NCBI GenBank assembly: GCA_017520845.1
Contig: JAFXEU010000044.1
Span: 12,350 to 76,349 of the forward strand
Reading direction: 5' to 3'
DNA length: 64,000 nucleotides
Origin: Kiritimatiellia bacterium
GTDB lineage: Bacteria; Verrucomicrobiota; Kiritimatiellia; RFP12; UBA1067
Shown here piece after piece: positions 53,547 through 63,536 of this stretch. Under the pieces are notes generated by a model. It saw nothing but the letters and a program-made list of their open reading frames with translations, was not told the DNA's origin and did not search any database. The translations under genes and the position numbers were made by a program. How positions within the stretch are numbered: position 1 is the stretch's first letter; every line of letters begins with the position of its first letter.

Positions 53547-54652
53547 TTGTTCGTCCTCCAGCGGATAAGCCCCCACAAAAGAGAATGATCCGTATAAACG
53601 GGACACGATTCATTCTCATATAAAGTCCAAAACTTTGACCAGTTGCGTTCTACGGCAGGATCCCATCGTATAGGCATAAGAGAAAGGATTTTGGAACGCG
53701 TTATCTCGCCGTCTTCTTCACTCTCCCAGAACGGCCAAACGCGGGTAAAATCTTCCGACGAGGTCCAGAACGGAAAAACGCGCGTCTCATCATCGTATAT
53801 TTCAACGAGCTTCCAGCCGAATCTCTTTACTCCGCTCACGCGAGAACCGTCCTTGTAACTGTAATTTTCGACAGACTCGTAAAACGGCCAAAAGGAAATA
53901 CGAGTGCGTTGAGGCATATCCTCTAATTCAAGGAACGGCCAAGGACAGCGAAGCCTGACAAACGGGTAGCTGCGCAGACATCCTCCTCGACCTTTACCGC
54001 CTGTAATAATTTCCGTCCATGAGAAGAACGGAGGGAGATACATCGTCTGCCTTTCACGCTCCCGCCTGACCTTACCGTACAGCGGCCACACCATCCATGA
54101 GTATCCGGCTCCGGCTGTATCGCGGTCGGCACGATACGACGCCCATGTCACCAACGGCCAAAGCGCATAGCGGTGATCGCTCTCGCGCTGATAATTGACG
54201 CCATAGAACGGCCAAACGCTCCATGCTCCGTCGCTGCGCCAGCTGAAAAACGGAAACAAAACGGTATTAGTCTCAAGCCAGTCTCGGCCGCGCGGCATTT
54301 TATAGCGCATCCACAACGGCCACATCGCGAACTCCCAGTCATGGAGCATAAGAATATGGGGATGATAACCCGTTATCGGGAAAAGCCCGGCATACGCACC
54401 CTTCTTTTTATCTTCGCCGTTAAACCAAATCGGTAAAACAGAAAACTGATAGCCGTCATCGACACCGTAATTCTGATAATTGACGATGTAGCAGAATCTC
54501 CACCAGTCGCGGTGAGAGGTGAAAACCGGCCAAAGAACGTCCGTCGTTTCAGCCTCATGAGAAACAATCGGCCTCAACGCGAAATAATCGGGCCTCTGCT
54601 CATAAAAAGGCCCGATCTGAAAAGCGGTCGCGATTAGAAGACTACTTAACAC
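53543..54652 (-). CDS. Hypothetical Trp-rich repeat protein ([WF]P[LF][FYW] repeats)
   Basis: 369 aa with about 10 copies of the motifs WPLW, WPFY, WPLV, WPLY, FPFF and FPFW. GTG start overlapping the upstream stop region. Confidence 0.6.
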   Translation of the reverse strand: MLSSLLIATAFQIGPFYEQRPDYFALRPIVSHEAETTDVLWPVFTSHRDWWRFCYIVNYQNYGVDDGYQFSVLPIWFNGEDKKKGAYAGLFPITGYHPHILMLHDWEFAMWPLWMRYKMPRGRDWLETNTVLFPFFSWRSDGAWSVWPFYGVNYQRESDHRYALWPLVTWASYRADRDTAGAGYSWMVWPLYGKVRRERERQTMYLPPFFSWTEIITGGKGRGGCLRSYPFVRLRCPWPFLELEDMPQRTRISFWPFYESVENYSYKDGSRVSGVKRFGWKLVEIYDDETRVFPFWTSSEDFTRVWPFWESEEDGEITRSKILSLMPIRWDPAVERNWSKFWTLYENESCPVYTDHSLLWGLIRWRTNK

Positions 54653-57600
54653 TTCTCATCAATTCCTCGAACTCTCTTCTTTCGTAGTCGGTAAGTTCGT
54701 TCATTCTGCTCTGAACCATACGCATCGTGCTTTTCGCCCTCTTCATCTGGCCGCGCGCCTTCTGAACGCGGGCGAGCGAAATGAGCATTCGAACGTCGGC
54801 CGCTCCGCCCTGTTCATCCTTTGAAAGATCGCAGGCCTTTTGAATATACTTCTCGGCCTCCTCAAAAGATTTACCCGTATCCATAAGAACAGCCCCGAGC
54901 GTTTCCCACGCTACGTAAAGATTAGGAGTAATCTCAACCGCCTTGCGGGCGTACTTCTCGGCCTCATCGAACTTTTTAAGACGGCGAAGAACTTCCGCGA
55001 GGTCGTTATAGGCCAGCAACGCGATCCTCTTTCCGGAAACGGACTTTCTGAGATACTTCTCGGCCTGATTGTTTTCGCCTCGATGTAGAGATATCGAACC
55101 CATTATGTAGTTAGCGAGGGAATCGTCGGGGTTCGCGGCGAGAATGCGCATCGCCCGGTCCTCGGCGTGAGCCTTGTCGTTGAGCTGCATGTCAAGGGTG
55201 AGAATCATATCGCCCGTATGGGCAGATCCGCGTCCGCTGTTCGCTACGGCGTCAAACGAATCGCGGGCCTCGCGGATATGAGCGTCTCCGCCTTTGCGCA
55301 TCAGAACGAGCGCGCGGGTTGAACGGTATACTGCATCTTCAACGGGCCTATCCTTTACGAGAGACTCCATTTTCGGAAGGATATTCTCCTCGATCTCCTT
55401 TAGAGCCTTGTCTTTTTTTGCCGCCGAATTCGTATTGACCGAAGCGTCCTTTATCATATCGACGTTCTGAATAAGGACATGCGTCAAAAGCGCCCACGCC
55501 TGAATATCGTTCGGATCGGCGTCGATAGCCCTTCTCAAAACCATTTCGGCTTCGTATAACTCGTTTTTCAAAAGATGCTTCTGGGCGAGCATTTTCGCGT
55601 ATTTAGGATCGTTTTCAACACCGGCGAGCGCGCGCTCGAGGCATTTCACCGCTTCAGAGACATTTCCGTCGAGAGCCTCGAGCTGAGAAAGACGCACGAG
55701 CGCGGCTCTGTTGGAAGGATTGCGCTTGATTTCGCTCAAGCAGATTTCGCGAGCCCTGCTTTTCTCCTTGTCCGACCCTCCTGAAAGATAATGGACGAGG
55801 ATGTTCATCTCGGCGAGTCTGCGCTGATCAGAGGGGATCAGATCGATCGCACGACGCATTTGGAATACCGCCTGAGAATGGCGACCGCCTTTGGAAAGAC
55901 TATTGGCGTAATGCATCATAAATTCGGGATCGCAGATTGTTCCGTACAAGAGCAGCAGATGCTCGACCCTGTAACGCCTGTTCGGATCCTTCGCAGCCGC
56001 TTCGATCTCCTGATCGATTTCCTTGCGCTTCTGAATCGCCTTTTTAAACGCGTTCTTCTCGGCTAAAAGTTTGATGTTGTAGAGAGCGACTACGTTATCG
56101 GGATCGATTTCACGCCATACAAGATTGTAAAGCTCAAACGCCTTGTCGAAACACTCGTTCGCCGAAGACCTGTTCCCGTCGGCAAAATGTTCCAAACCCT
56201 TGAAATGATGATAATTGCCCTGGCTTACGGTCATAAAGCCGATATGACGCCTTAAATTACGCAATTTGCGCTCGCGCTTGCTGATATTAAGTCCGCCGCC
56301 GTTTATTTCAGAACGGTAACTCCCCCATCCGTCAGCCAGCTTCAAAGAATTTTTAACGCGCGGCCACTCAGATGTCCAGTCGCCGACTTTAACGGTCTCC
56401 TTGCCGGTATCCGGCACAAAGAAATAAAGACCGGGAACCGCAGATTCGTCTGAGTTTAAGGCGCTCATCCACAGCTGGGGAGCCCCCCAGACGGCAGCCT
56501 TATCCACGGCGGCCGGATCATTTTTAAACCAATGTTCAATGAAAGGTACGAGTCGCTGACGATTAATACCGTCAACTCTGGAAAGCTTATCGGCCAGTTC
56601 CTTTGAAAGTTCCTCGCCGCCGAGCTTTTCCCGCAGAACCGTCTCGGCGAGAGTCTTAATGTACTCATCGTCGCTTTCTCTGCTAAGAGAAATGAGATTT
56701 AATTTTACGCCTTTGGCCCTGGCCGCCAATTTAACATCGTCATCAATCAAACCGTCCGTCACGAGCCATGTGCGCCCGCCCATGTCCGTAATAATTTTTT
56801 CAGACAACGGGTTTAGGGACAGCTCGTCCTTGAAGTCGGACTCAACGACAAAACTTGTAATCAATGAAAGCGCCATAACCAGAGAAAAACCGATGCATCC
56901 GACGCTACCTATCGTTTTCGCCGACTTGTAAAGACCGGCATTTTTCGAATCTTCAACCGAGAGACGCGATGAGACGCGAGCGCCGACCAACCAGTAAACA
57001 AGCACATAAGCGGACATTCCGGCAGCGGCGGAAGCGATCAAGGAAGGCTGTAAACCGGAATATCCGAGAACCGACGAAGGCGAAAGCGGCGACGCTACCG
57101 CAAGAACGGCCACGACAGACATGCAGAAATGGAAAATCCACGTCACGACGGAATGGATTTTATTACCCCCGAAAACGGTGGGACAGGCAAAAAGGGAAAT
57201 TATAAAGGGAACTACCGCGAATATAAGCGCATAAAACCAATTTTTGCTCACAAGTTCGCTTTTCAGAATTTCCTTCTGATACTGGGTAAAATCTCCGAAA
57301 CTGCCGGACATAACGGCGATAAGCACTATCGCGGAAATGAAAAATCCCAACAGAAAAAGGCCGACGGCTATATAACCGGGTTTACCCTTTCTTGAAAACT
57401 CAACCCACGCCAAAATACCGCACATAGGAAGCAGAAATGCCAACATCAGCATGTCGGCAACGCCGAAGGCGAGAATAATTCCGGAAAGAAACGGCGCCGC
57501 CATGGCAGCGACACCGGATTTGCGGAGAAAAGGAATAAATACGGCGAGAGACGACAAAGCGAGGAACGTATCGAAAATCACGGGCCCCAGATGCGTCGCG

Positions 57601-57998
57601 GACGAAAACACGCACGGCGTCAGCATAAAGATCACCGCTGCCGCAAGGCCTCCGATCCTGGCTGCAGAAGCTTTAAGAGAATCAGGATATTGAGGACCGA
57701 AACATTCTTTAATAAAGACGTTGACTACGTGAAAAAGGAGAAAGACCGACAACCCTCCGAATACGGGAGCGAAAAACCTCGACATCCCCATAAGTCCGGC
57801 TACGGCTCCGGCCGTGGGAAACGGGACGTATGAACTGTCGGATAAGCCGACCCACGACGTTATCACGCCTTCAACTCCGACAGGAATGCTGTCGGTTGCG
57901 AAAATAAAATACATAACGACCGCAACGCCGCTTATGACAAGCGAAACGATCCAATCCTTAATATCCGTCAGTCGTCCTCTTTCAACCTGTTTTTCCAT
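54642..57998 (-). CDS. Large polytopic membrane protein with C-terminal TPR array (GT-C/DUF2723-like architecture, unverified)
   Basis: 1118 aa. About 10 N-terminal TM helices are followed by about 600 aa of TPR-like repeats. GGGAGG SD. Confidence 0.65.
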   Translation of the reverse strand: MEKQVERGRLTDIKDWIVSLVISGVAVVMYFIFATDSIPVGVEGVITSWVGLSDSSYVPFPTAGAVAGLMGMSRFFAPVFGGLSVFLLFHVVNVFIKECFGPQYPDSLKASAARIGGLAAAVIFMLTPCVFSSATHLGPVIFDTFLALSSLAVFIPFLRKSGVAAMAAPFLSGIILAFGVADMLMLAFLLPMCGILAWVEFSRKGKPGYIAVGLFLLGFFISAIVLIAVMSGSFGDFTQYQKEILKSELVSKNWFYALIFAVVPFIISLFACPTVFGGNKIHSVVTWIFHFCMSVVAVLAVASPLSPSSVLGYSGLQPSLIASAAAGMSAYVLVYWLVGARVSSRLSVEDSKNAGLYKSAKTIGSVGCIGFSLVMALSLITSFVVESDFKDELSLNPLSEKIITDMGGRTWLVTDGLIDDDVKLAARAKGVKLNLISLSRESDDEYIKTLAETVLREKLGGEELSKELADKLSRVDGINRQRLVPFIEHWFKNDPAAVDKAAVWGAPQLWMSALNSDESAVPGLYFFVPDTGKETVKVGDWTSEWPRVKNSLKLADGWGSYRSEINGGGLNISKRERKLRNLRRHIGFMTVSQGNYHHFKGLEHFADGNRSSANECFDKAFELYNLVWREIDPDNVVALYNIKLLAEKNAFKKAIQKRKEIDQEIEAAAKDPNRRYRVEHLLLLYGTICDPEFMMHYANSLSKGGRHSQAVFQMRRAIDLIPSDQRRLAEMNILVHYLSGGSDKEKSRAREICLSEIKRNPSNRAALVRLSQLEALDGNVSEAVKCLERALAGVENDPKYAKMLAQKHLLKNELYEAEMVLRRAIDADPNDIQAWALLTHVLIQNVDMIKDASVNTNSAAKKDKALKEIEENILPKMESLVKDRPVEDAVYRSTRALVLMRKGGDAHIREARDSFDAVANSGRGSAHTGDMILTLDMQLNDKAHAEDRAMRILAANPDDSLANYIMGSISLHRGENNQAEKYLRKSVSGKRIALLAYNDLAEVLRRLKKFDEAEKYARKAVEITPNLYVAWETLGAVLMDTGKSFEEAEKYIQKACDLSKDEQGGAADVRMLISLARVQKARGQMKRAKSTMRMVQSRMNELTDYERREFEELMRSVK

Positions 57999-58033
57999 AA
58001 TAAAGCCTCCCTGAATTTAAGTTATAAACAATT

Positions 58034-59311
58034 TCACTTAACGGTTTTAAGCGCCTCGGAAAGATCGGCGATAAGATCGTCGGGGTCTTCGAGCCCGACG
58101 GAAAGACGGATCAGATCCGGCGGAATCCCCGCTTCCTTAAGCTGCTTGTCCGTCAGCTGGCGGTGAGTATGGGACGCCGGGTGAAGAACGCAGCTCCATG
58201 CGTCGGCGACGTGGGTCACGATACCGATGAGCTTCAAAGAGTCCATGAATTTGATGGACGCCTTTCGTCCTCCGCGGATACCGAACGTCATGACTCCGCA
58301 TGGCGAATTTCCGCTGAACTGCTTCTTTACGAGCTTATGATACTTAGAATCGGGAAGACCCGCGAAATTTACCCACGCGACCTTCGGCTGCCTCTTAAGC
58401 CACTTCGCGATCTTAAGCGCCGACTCCGCATGGCGGCGGATGCGCAGATGGAGCGACTCGAGTCCGAGGTTCACGAGAAACGCGTTGAAAGGCGAAGGAA
58501 TCGCGCCGAAGTCGCGCATAAGATGGGCGGTGCACTTCGTGATGTACGCCAACTTTCCGAAAGCCTTGGTGTAGCTTAAGCCATGGTACGATTCATCGGG
58601 CTCGACGAGACCCGGGAATTTATCGGCGTGGGCCTCCCAGTCGAAATTACCCGAGTCGACGATACATCCGCCGACCTGCGATGAATGGCCGTCCATGTAT
58701 TTCGTCGTGGCGTGGGTAACGATATCGCACCCGAACTCGAACGGACGGCATAGAATCGGCGTCGGGAACGTATTGTCGATAATGAGCGGAACGCCGTTTT
58801 TGTGGGCGATCTTGGCGAACTTCGCGATGTCGAGAACGCACCCGGAAGGATTTGCGACGGTCTCGCCGAAAACGCATTTCGTATTAGGACGAAACGCCGC
58901 CTGGATCGTCTTCGCGTCGGAATCGGGATCGACGAACGTGAACTCGATGCCGAGCTTCTTGAGAGAAACGGCAAAGAGGTTGAAAGTCCCGCCGTAGATC
59001 TGGGCGGAACATACGACATGGTCTCCCGCGCCGCAGAGGTTTAAAATAGCGAACGTCGACGCCGCCTGGCCCGAGCTCGTGAGAATCGCGGCGACACCGC
59101 CTTCAAGCGCGGCGATTTTTTTAGCCACCTCATCGTTGGTGGGATTCGCCAAACGCGTATAAAAATAGCCCGACGCCTTAAGGTCGAAAAGATCGGCCAT
59201 GTGCTGCGTCGTATCGTACTTGAATGTGGTGGAGGAATAAATCGGAACCTGGCGCGGCTCGCCGCACTTGGGCGACCAACCGCCCTGTACACACAAAGTA
59301 TCTATTTTCAT
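58034..59311 (-). CDS. metY: O-acetylhomoserine sulfhydrylase (Cys/Met PLP family)
   Basis: HATTKYMDGHS (PLP Lys) and the N-terminal VQGG...PIYSSTTF pattern. Confidence 0.85.
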   Translation of the reverse strand: MKIDTLCVQGGWSPKCGEPRQVPIYSSTTFKYDTTQHMADLFDLKASGYFYTRLANPTNDEVAKKIAALEGGVAAILTSSGQAASTFAILNLCGAGDHVVCSAQIYGGTFNLFAVSLKKLGIEFTFVDPDSDAKTIQAAFRPNTKCVFGETVANPSGCVLDIAKFAKIAHKNGVPLIIDNTFPTPILCRPFEFGCDIVTHATTKYMDGHSSQVGGCIVDSGNFDWEAHADKFPGLVEPDESYHGLSYTKAFGKLAYITKCTAHLMRDFGAIPSPFNAFLVNLGLESLHLRIRRHAESALKIAKWLKRQPKVAWVNFAGLPDSKYHKLVKKQFSGNSPCGVMTFGIRGGRKASIKFMDSLKLIGIVTHVADAWSCVLHPASHTHRQLTDKQLKEAGIPPDLIRLSVGLEDPDDLIADLSEALKTVK

Positions 59312-59340
59312 CTCTGCCCTTTCTTAAAAATACTCGTATA

Positions 59341-59577
59341 TTATATCAAAAAATCAGATAAAGTTCTCATTGAAGGTATTTTTTCAAGCGGATACGAAAC
59401 GCCGAAACGTCTTTCCGCCTCCATAACGAGCCTCAAATGATTGACGCTGTCCCACCCGGAAACGTCGCCGTAACGCGTAGTCTCCGAAACGGCCGCCCTT
59501 TCGACCTCAAAAATTTCAGCGGCGAGGACAAAAAAACTTTCCCGACTTTCGGCAGAATTGAAAAAACCGGTTTTCAT
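59341..59577 (-). CDS. Acyl carrier protein-like
   Basis: 78 aa from the ATG at 59577, with TGAGGA SD. GWDSVNHLRLV is the phosphopantetheine Ser context. Confidence 0.65.
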   Translation of the reverse strand: MKTGFFNSAESRESFFVLAAEIFEVERAAVSETTRYGDVSGWDSVNHLRLVMEAERRFGVSYPLEKIPSMRTLSDFLI

Positions 59578-59582
59578 TTTCC

Positions 59583-60473
59583 TCAATTCCGGCTTTTAAC
59601 CGTAACTATCGCGGCGGAGGCCGAAAGCCCCGCGCCGAATCCGGCTATAAGAACGCGGCCCGAAACGCCGCGCTCGGCGATGGTGAGCGGAATGGACACG
59701 GAGCCGGGGTTGGCGTACTTCTCTCCGCTCGTATGAAGTTTATCTGAAAATCCAAGGGTGTTGGCCAACTGCCGGACCATATACATATTGGCCTGATGCG
59801 GAACGAACGCGTCCACGCGAACCTCTCCGATATCGGCGATGAAACGCTTCAGAAACGGAGCGACTTCGCACGCGACGAAGGAAAAAACGCCGAAACCGTC
59901 CATTTTTATCGGGCCGGACGCGTCGCACGAAAGCGCGTCGGAAGCCTTTGAATAAAAGGCTGCAAAACTGTCATCGCCCTCGCCCGCCGAAACTACCGTC
60001 GCGCTCGCGACATCGCTGAAGAGCGGAGTCGTCGCCGTATCGGCGGGATCCGAGAGCGCCGACTGGATGTCGCCGTCTATAACGAGAATCTTCCGCCCTG
60101 TATCGGCCGCCATCCTGCCCGCGAGATAAACTGCGTACGGATATGCGCTGCAGGCCATCTGAAGATCGAACGCCGGAATGTCAGCTCCGAGACCGAGCGC
60201 AGAAGCGACGGCCACAGACAACTGGGGGAAACGCTTCTCATTCGAGAATGTCGCCGCGACGACTCCACCTATTTCAGAAAGTTCTTCACGCGGAATTTTA
60301 GAGGCGACCGCCATCGAAAGGTCGAAAAGGGAAACACCCTCCCCAACAACAAAGCGTTTAGTAAATCCGGTCGCATCGAGAGCCTTGTCGGACATAACCC
60401 CGCGATTGTCGATTTCAACATCGCCTACGGCGGTCTCGATACGTTCCAGGATTATCTCTTTTACGCGTATCAT
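59583..60473 (-). CDS. 3-oxoacyl-ACP synthase III (FabH-like) family protein
   Basis: Cys-His-Asn triad contexts DLQMACSAY, VPHQAN and YANPGSVSIP, plus AGFGAGLS. The ATG at 60473 forms an ATGA overlap with the ptsI stop. Confidence 0.7.
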   Translation of the reverse strand: MIRVKEIILERIETAVGDVEIDNRGVMSDKALDATGFTKRFVVGEGVSLFDLSMAVASKIPREELSEIGGVVAATFSNEKRFPQLSVAVASALGLGADIPAFDLQMACSAYPYAVYLAGRMAADTGRKILVIDGDIQSALSDPADTATTPLFSDVASATVVSAGEGDDSFAAFYSKASDALSCDASGPIKMDGFGVFSFVACEVAPFLKRFIADIGEVRVDAFVPHQANMYMVRQLANTLGFSDKLHTSGEKYANPGSVSIPLTIAERGVSGRVLIAGFGAGLSASAAIVTVKSRN

Positions 60474-62242
60474 ACGAGATTCTCGCGAAGTTCGGGAACC
60501 TTCGCCGCGAGCCAATCGTGACACGCGCCGTAAATCGCCTGCGCGGTGGAACCTAAAGGCAGCGATTCGGGAATCTTCGCATACTCCTCGAGATCGGTGC
60601 GCGTAAGCGAGGAAAAAAGTTTCGACATCACGGGAATGTACGACGCGCTCATAGAAAGCGTATCCGCGCCGAGTGCAGCCCAGTAAAGTCCGACTACGGG
60701 ATCGGCCGCGGACTCTCCGCAGACGCTTACGGGGATTCCTGCGCCCTTCGCCGCATCGAGCGTCATCTTGACGAGCTTCGTAACTGCGGGATTAAGCGGC
60801 TGATAAAGATGCGCGACAGCCTCGTTGCCGCGATCGGCCGCCATCGTATATTGGACGAGATCGTTCGTTCCGATCGAAAAGAAATCGCAATGAATAGCGA
60901 GTTCTCTGGCCAACAGCGCCGCGCTCGGAACTTCTATCATCGCTCCGACCTTGATGTTCCTGTCGAACTCGACTCCTTCGGCGGCAAGTTCGCGCTTGAT
61001 CGATTCGAGCGCGCACGCGACCTCGGTCATCTCCTCTACGCACGAGACCATCGGATACATCAGGCGCGTATGCCCGTAGGCGGAGGCACGGAGAATCGCG
61101 CGGAACTGCGTACGCATCACATCGCGGTTAGAAAGAAGATAACGGATCGAACGGTTGCCGAGAAAAGGATTGGACTCTTTGGCGGTTATGCCGCGAACCA
61201 TTTTGTCGCCGCCGATATCGAGAGCACGTATCGTGGCCGACGCTCCGGGCGGCATGAACTTGGCCGTAAATTCAACGGCTCTGCGGTACGCCTCGAACTG
61301 CTCCTCCTCGGAAGGCTCGACCTCGTTGGTCAGCCAAAGGTATTCACTTCGGTACAGCCCGATTCCGCGGGCTCCGTACGCCTTAACCCCCGCAATCGGG
61401 ACGCCGGGATGGATATTGGCGTAAATCAGAATCTCACCGCCGTCTTTAAGAGTACCGGCAGGAACACCTGAAGCGACCTCCTCGGTCAAATCTTTCTGAC
61501 GCTTGACCAAAGCGGCAAAATCAGCTTCAGTAGCCTTGTCGGGGCTTAAAGTTATCGCACCGTTTGTACCGTCCAAAAGAACCGTCTCTCCGGGGGATAC
61601 GCGCGAAGTGATATCGCCTAAACCCGTTACGGCCGGTATCGCCAACGCTCTCGCCAAGAGAGCCGCATGACTCGTCGTCGAGCCTCCGTTAGTCGCGATG
61701 CCGAGAACATACTCCTTGGGAAGCTGAACCGTCTCGGACGGGGTCAGATCGTCGGCTACGACAATTGAGGGGGTTGTTAATTCCAGCTTCGGATGTCTAT
61801 CATAACCGATAAGCGTTTTCAGGAGACGCCGCTCGATATCGTCAAGATCGCGCACGCGCTCTCTGAAATACGGATCGTTCATCCGCTCGAACTGGGCCCT
61901 CGCCCCGCTCGCCGTCTTTCTCACCGCGGCCTCTGCGTTAAGACGGTCTTTTAAGATGTAATTCTTGGTCTCGTCCTGAAGAACGATATCCTCAAGAATC
62001 ATCAGATGACACTCGAAAACACGCACATCAGAACGACCGGTGCGCTCCTTGAGAACAGAGATAAGCCCCTCGAGGTCGCGCTTCGTTTCGACCATCGCGC
62101 GCTGAAGCCGGCGCATCTCGTTATCAACGAGATGCTCTTCGATGACGTATTCGCGGATAGGTATCTCGCCGTCACCGCGATAAATAAACACAGGACCGGC
62201 GGCGAAACCTCTCGCCGTCGGAAGTCCCGCGATTGTTTTCAT
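60470..62242 (-). CDS. ptsI: Phosphoenolpyruvate-protein phosphotransferase (PTS Enzyme I)
   Basis: GGSTTSHAALLARALAIPAV (active His) and the C-terminal PEP-utilising domain (FFSIGTNDL). I prefer the ATG at 62242 (MKTIAGL) over the track start at 62311, which overlaps ptsH. Confidence 0.9.
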   Translation of the reverse strand: MKTIAGLPTARGFAAGPVFIYRGDGEIPIREYVIEEHLVDNEMRRLQRAMVETKRDLEGLISVLKERTGRSDVRVFECHLMILEDIVLQDETKNYILKDRLNAEAAVRKTASGARAQFERMNDPYFRERVRDLDDIERRLLKTLIGYDRHPKLELTTPSIVVADDLTPSETVQLPKEYVLGIATNGGSTTSHAALLARALAIPAVTGLGDITSRVSPGETVLLDGTNGAITLSPDKATEADFAALVKRQKDLTEEVASGVPAGTLKDGGEILIYANIHPGVPIAGVKAYGARGIGLYRSEYLWLTNEVEPSEEEQFEAYRRAVEFTAKFMPPGASATIRALDIGGDKMVRGITAKESNPFLGNRSIRYLLSNRDVMRTQFRAILRASAYGHTRLMYPMVSCVEEMTEVACALESIKRELAAEGVEFDRNIKVGAMIEVPSAALLARELAIHCDFFSIGTNDLVQYTMAADRGNEAVAHLYQPLNPAVTKLVKMTLDAAKGAGIPVSVCGESAADPVVGLYWAALGADTLSMSASYIPVMSKLFSSLTRTDLEEYAKIPESLPLGSTAQAIYGACHDWLAAKVPELRENLV

Positions 62243-62246
62243 CGAC

Positions 62247-62531
62247 TTACTGCTCATCCGGAATATCGAACTTGCGCGCGACAAGCGCTTCAAGCTCATC
62301 CAAAACCTCAACGGCCTGAGGACCGCTCGCCGTCACCTTCAGAACCGTTCCGCACGTGGCCTCAAGCGTCATGAGCGCCATGATAGACTTTCCGGAAACG
62401 GCGTTGCCGTCCTTCTCGACCTCGACGTCCGCGTCGAAGCGGCTGGCGGTCTTGGCGAAAAGCCCGGCCGGCCGGACATGCATCCCGTACTTGTTATGCA
62501 GGGTGAATTCTCTCGTGATTTTATCTGCCAT
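62247..62531 (-). CDS. ptsH: Phosphocarrier protein HPr
   Basis: GMHVRPA (His15 context) and GKSIM (Ser46 context). Confidence 0.9.
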   Translation of the reverse strand: MADKITREFTLHNKYGMHVRPAGLFAKTASRFDADVEVEKDGNAVSGKSIMALMTLEATCGTVLKVTASGPQAVEVLDELEALVARKFDIPDEQ

Positions 62532-63528
62532 TTGTTTTACCCTTCCCTTTTTTCACCTTGAAATCTTGAGCTCTGCGATGGAGATGATCCGACAAATCAG
62601 CCACGGGATCATACCCTGCCAAAATCAACTTCTGCTGCTGGGCCGCCGTCTCAACGAGATTGACGAGGTCGCGCCCTTCCGAAACCGGAATAATGATGTT
62701 CGGCACGTCGACTCCGAGAATCGTACGCGCCCGGCGGGTCTGACCGATACGGTCGACTTCGCCCTTTATGTCGTCGAGACGTTTAAGCGTCAAAACGAGC
62801 TGGAGACGTTTTTCACCACGCACCGCATTGACTCCGAAGACCCTCGAAACGTTCATGATGCCGATGCCGCGGATCTCCATGAAGCCGGCGGTCGAATCGC
62901 TCGCGCTGGCGAAGAGGAAGTTTGTCGCGACATCCTTGCGGATGCATGTCAGATCGTCCGCGATGAGCGCGTTGCCGCGCTTGATGAGACCGAGAGCCGT
63001 TTCGCTCTTTCCGAGTCCCGGATCCCCCTCGATGAGAACACCGAGTCCGGACACTTCGATCATAGTCCCGTACAGCGACGTTTTAGGCGCACCGAGCTGC
63101 TCCATTATAAACGTGGCGTGGCGGGAGAAGATGCGGGTCTTCAGAGGGCTTTCCATTATGACCGCCCCGCACTCTTCGGCGATTTTTATCTCTTCCGCGG
63201 AGGCGTGCCGATCGGCGGTAAACACGAAAAGCCACGCCTTGTGAGACACAAGCTCCTTGAATCTTGCAGTGCGCTCTTTACCGGAAAGCGAAGTGAGATA
63301 CGCCCACTCCGCATTTCCGATAAGCTGGAGGCGCTTCCACGCGAAGCACCCGAAAAAACCGGTAAGCGCCAGCCCGAGACGGTTGACTATAGGCTCGGCC
63401 ATCACCTTGGAGACGTTTTCGGCCCCCGCGACCAGTTTTATCTTCAAACGGTCGCGTCCGGCTTCGAGAAAGTCGGCCACGGTGAAATTCGTGCCCTTGT
63501 CGGCGTCTTTGGCTGGCAGGTTTTTCAT
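62521..63528 (-). CDS. hprK: HPr kinase/phosphorylase
   Basis: GDPGLGKSETALGLIKRG Walker A and the downstream IRGIGI motif. Confidence 0.9.
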   Translation of the reverse strand: MKNLPAKDADKGTNFTVADFLEAGRDRLKIKLVAGAENVSKVMAEPIVNRLGLALTGFFGCFAWKRLQLIGNAEWAYLTSLSGKERTARFKELVSHKAWLFVFTADRHASAEEIKIAEECGAVIMESPLKTRIFSRHATFIMEQLGAPKTSLYGTMIEVSGLGVLIEGDPGLGKSETALGLIKRGNALIADDLTCIRKDVATNFLFASASDSTAGFMEIRGIGIMNVSRVFGVNAVRGEKRLQLVLTLKRLDDIKGEVDRIGQTRRARTILGVDVPNIIIPVSEGRDLVNLVETAAQQQKLILAGYDPVADLSDHLHRRAQDFKVKKGKGKTNGR

Positions 63529-63536
63529 TTTTAATC

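Noticed and set aside
62243-62311. Upstream extension of ptsI overlapping ptsH
   Set aside because: The extension (MRFWMSLKRLSRASSIFRMSSKS) is not EI-like and overlaps the HPr coding end. The ATG at 62242 starts 4 nt after the ptsH stop.
62356-63534. 392-aa plus-strand ORF opposite hprK and ptsH
   Set aside because: Antisense artefact overlapping two strongly supported genes.
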